A stretch of DNA of 64,000 bases from NCBI GenBank assembly GCA_958295495.1, contig OY282352.1:4222049-4286048 (forward strand), given 5' to 3'. Under the pieces are notes generated by a model. It had not been told where the DNA came from. It made no database searches and saw only the letters and a program-made list of their open reading frames with translations. Numbering within the stretch: position 1 is the stretch's first letter; each line of letters begins with the position of its first letter. The translations under genes were made by a program, and so were the position numbers. Below, piece by piece: positions 63,667 to 64,000 of the stretch. Source of the stretch: an uncultured Latescibacterota bacterium (GTDB lineage Bacteria; Latescibacterota; UBA2968; UBA8231).

Positions 63667-64000
63667 TTACCTCCCCCATTCCTCTTCCGGCACCTCCGAA
63701 TAATCCTGCGGCTCGTACCCAATCGCCCTTTTGCCGTGTTCGACGTCGTAGAGCGGCCAGTTGCTGCCCGACACTCCAAAGACGATTTCAAACTTTACAC
63801 CCGGATGGATCAACGCCTGCTCAAAAACCCGCACGCAGTCGCCGTGGCTGAGATGGTGCGGGTGTTCGGGTTGGTCGCGTTCGAGGTTGAAGTTGCCGAT
63901 GCGCACGCAGACAAATTCCATGTCGTGCTGATGGGCAAAAGAGTGAGCGAGGGCCTCGGCGAAGACCTTGCTGACCGTGTAGATGCCCACCGGCGTGGTA
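63667..64000 (-). CDS. NAD-dependent epimerase/dehydratase family protein, C-terminal part (5' end outside the window)
   Basis: The frame is open to the window edge. GIYTVSKVFAEAL contains the SDR YxxxK catalytic motif. The C-terminal extended-SDR region follows. Confidence 0.7.
   Translation of the reverse strand, partial: TTPVGIYTVSKVFAEALAHSFAHQHDMEFVCVRIGNFNLERDQPEHPHHLSHGDCVRVFEQALIHPGVKFEIVFGVSGSNWPLYDVEHGKRAIGYEPQDYSEVPEEEWGR

Noticed and set aside
1-64000. Search by eye for tRNA, rRNA or tmRNA genes, integrase or recombinase genes, prophage structural genes and CRISPR-cas.
   Set aside because: None were recognised. The intergenic regions are short, and the longer ones (24349-24642, 47339-47962, 62758-63323) are explained by promoters, leaders, a MITE or gene relics. 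A covariance-model scan (tRNAscan-SE, Infernal) would be needed to exclude small RNAs formally.

Overview
This is a densely coding, G+C-rich bacterial chromosomal segment (judged by eye, not computed). I recognised no rRNA, tRNA, CRISPR array or integrase.

Backbone genes are housekeeping and peripheral metabolism:
- Glycogen and peptide turnover: alpha-glucan phosphorylase, M32 carboxypeptidase, M19 dipeptidase, leucyl aminopeptidase.
- Core functions: GlcD/GlcF-type oxidase, SerC-like aminotransferase, SSB, dCMP deaminase, ThrS, ProS, 1-Cys peroxiredoxin.
- Sugar-acid-type enzymes: three enolase-superfamily enzymes, two xylose-isomerase-like TIM barrels, Gfo/Idh/MocA and SDR oxidoreductases, an Ldh_2 plus AlsS-like pair.
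- Two sulfatase-fold enzymes.

Between these sit short, visibly A+T-richer islets carrying defence, toxin-antitoxin or mobile content:
- hsdS plus DarT/DarG at the left edge.
- An ABC-ATPase plus DUF4276 pair.
- MntA/HepT mini-remnants.
- Tandem mosaic Uma2 nucleases.
- An uncharacterised coiled-coil/4-TM plus vWA-like membrane pair.
- A DUF4143 ATPase.
- An AAA-ATPase plus PIN-like operon.
- McrBC-like pieces.
- VapBC.

The effector or toxin gene in almost every one of these modules is truncated, internally deleted, frameshifted or interrupted, while the partner gene looks intact.

Other notable items:
- A Thr-codon-run leader ORF followed by an intrinsic terminator directly upstream of thrS.
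- A 142-bp MITE-like insertion with a TA duplication.
- A promoter-embedded palindrome ahead of a micro-ORF/ssb operon.
- A 4.9-kb gene for a secreted protein of about 30 WD40 repeats, with near-identical 126-bp tandem units and a T9SS/FlgD-Ig-like C-terminal domain.

All calls rest on reading the translations, motif memory and manual indexing. No database search or folding was run.
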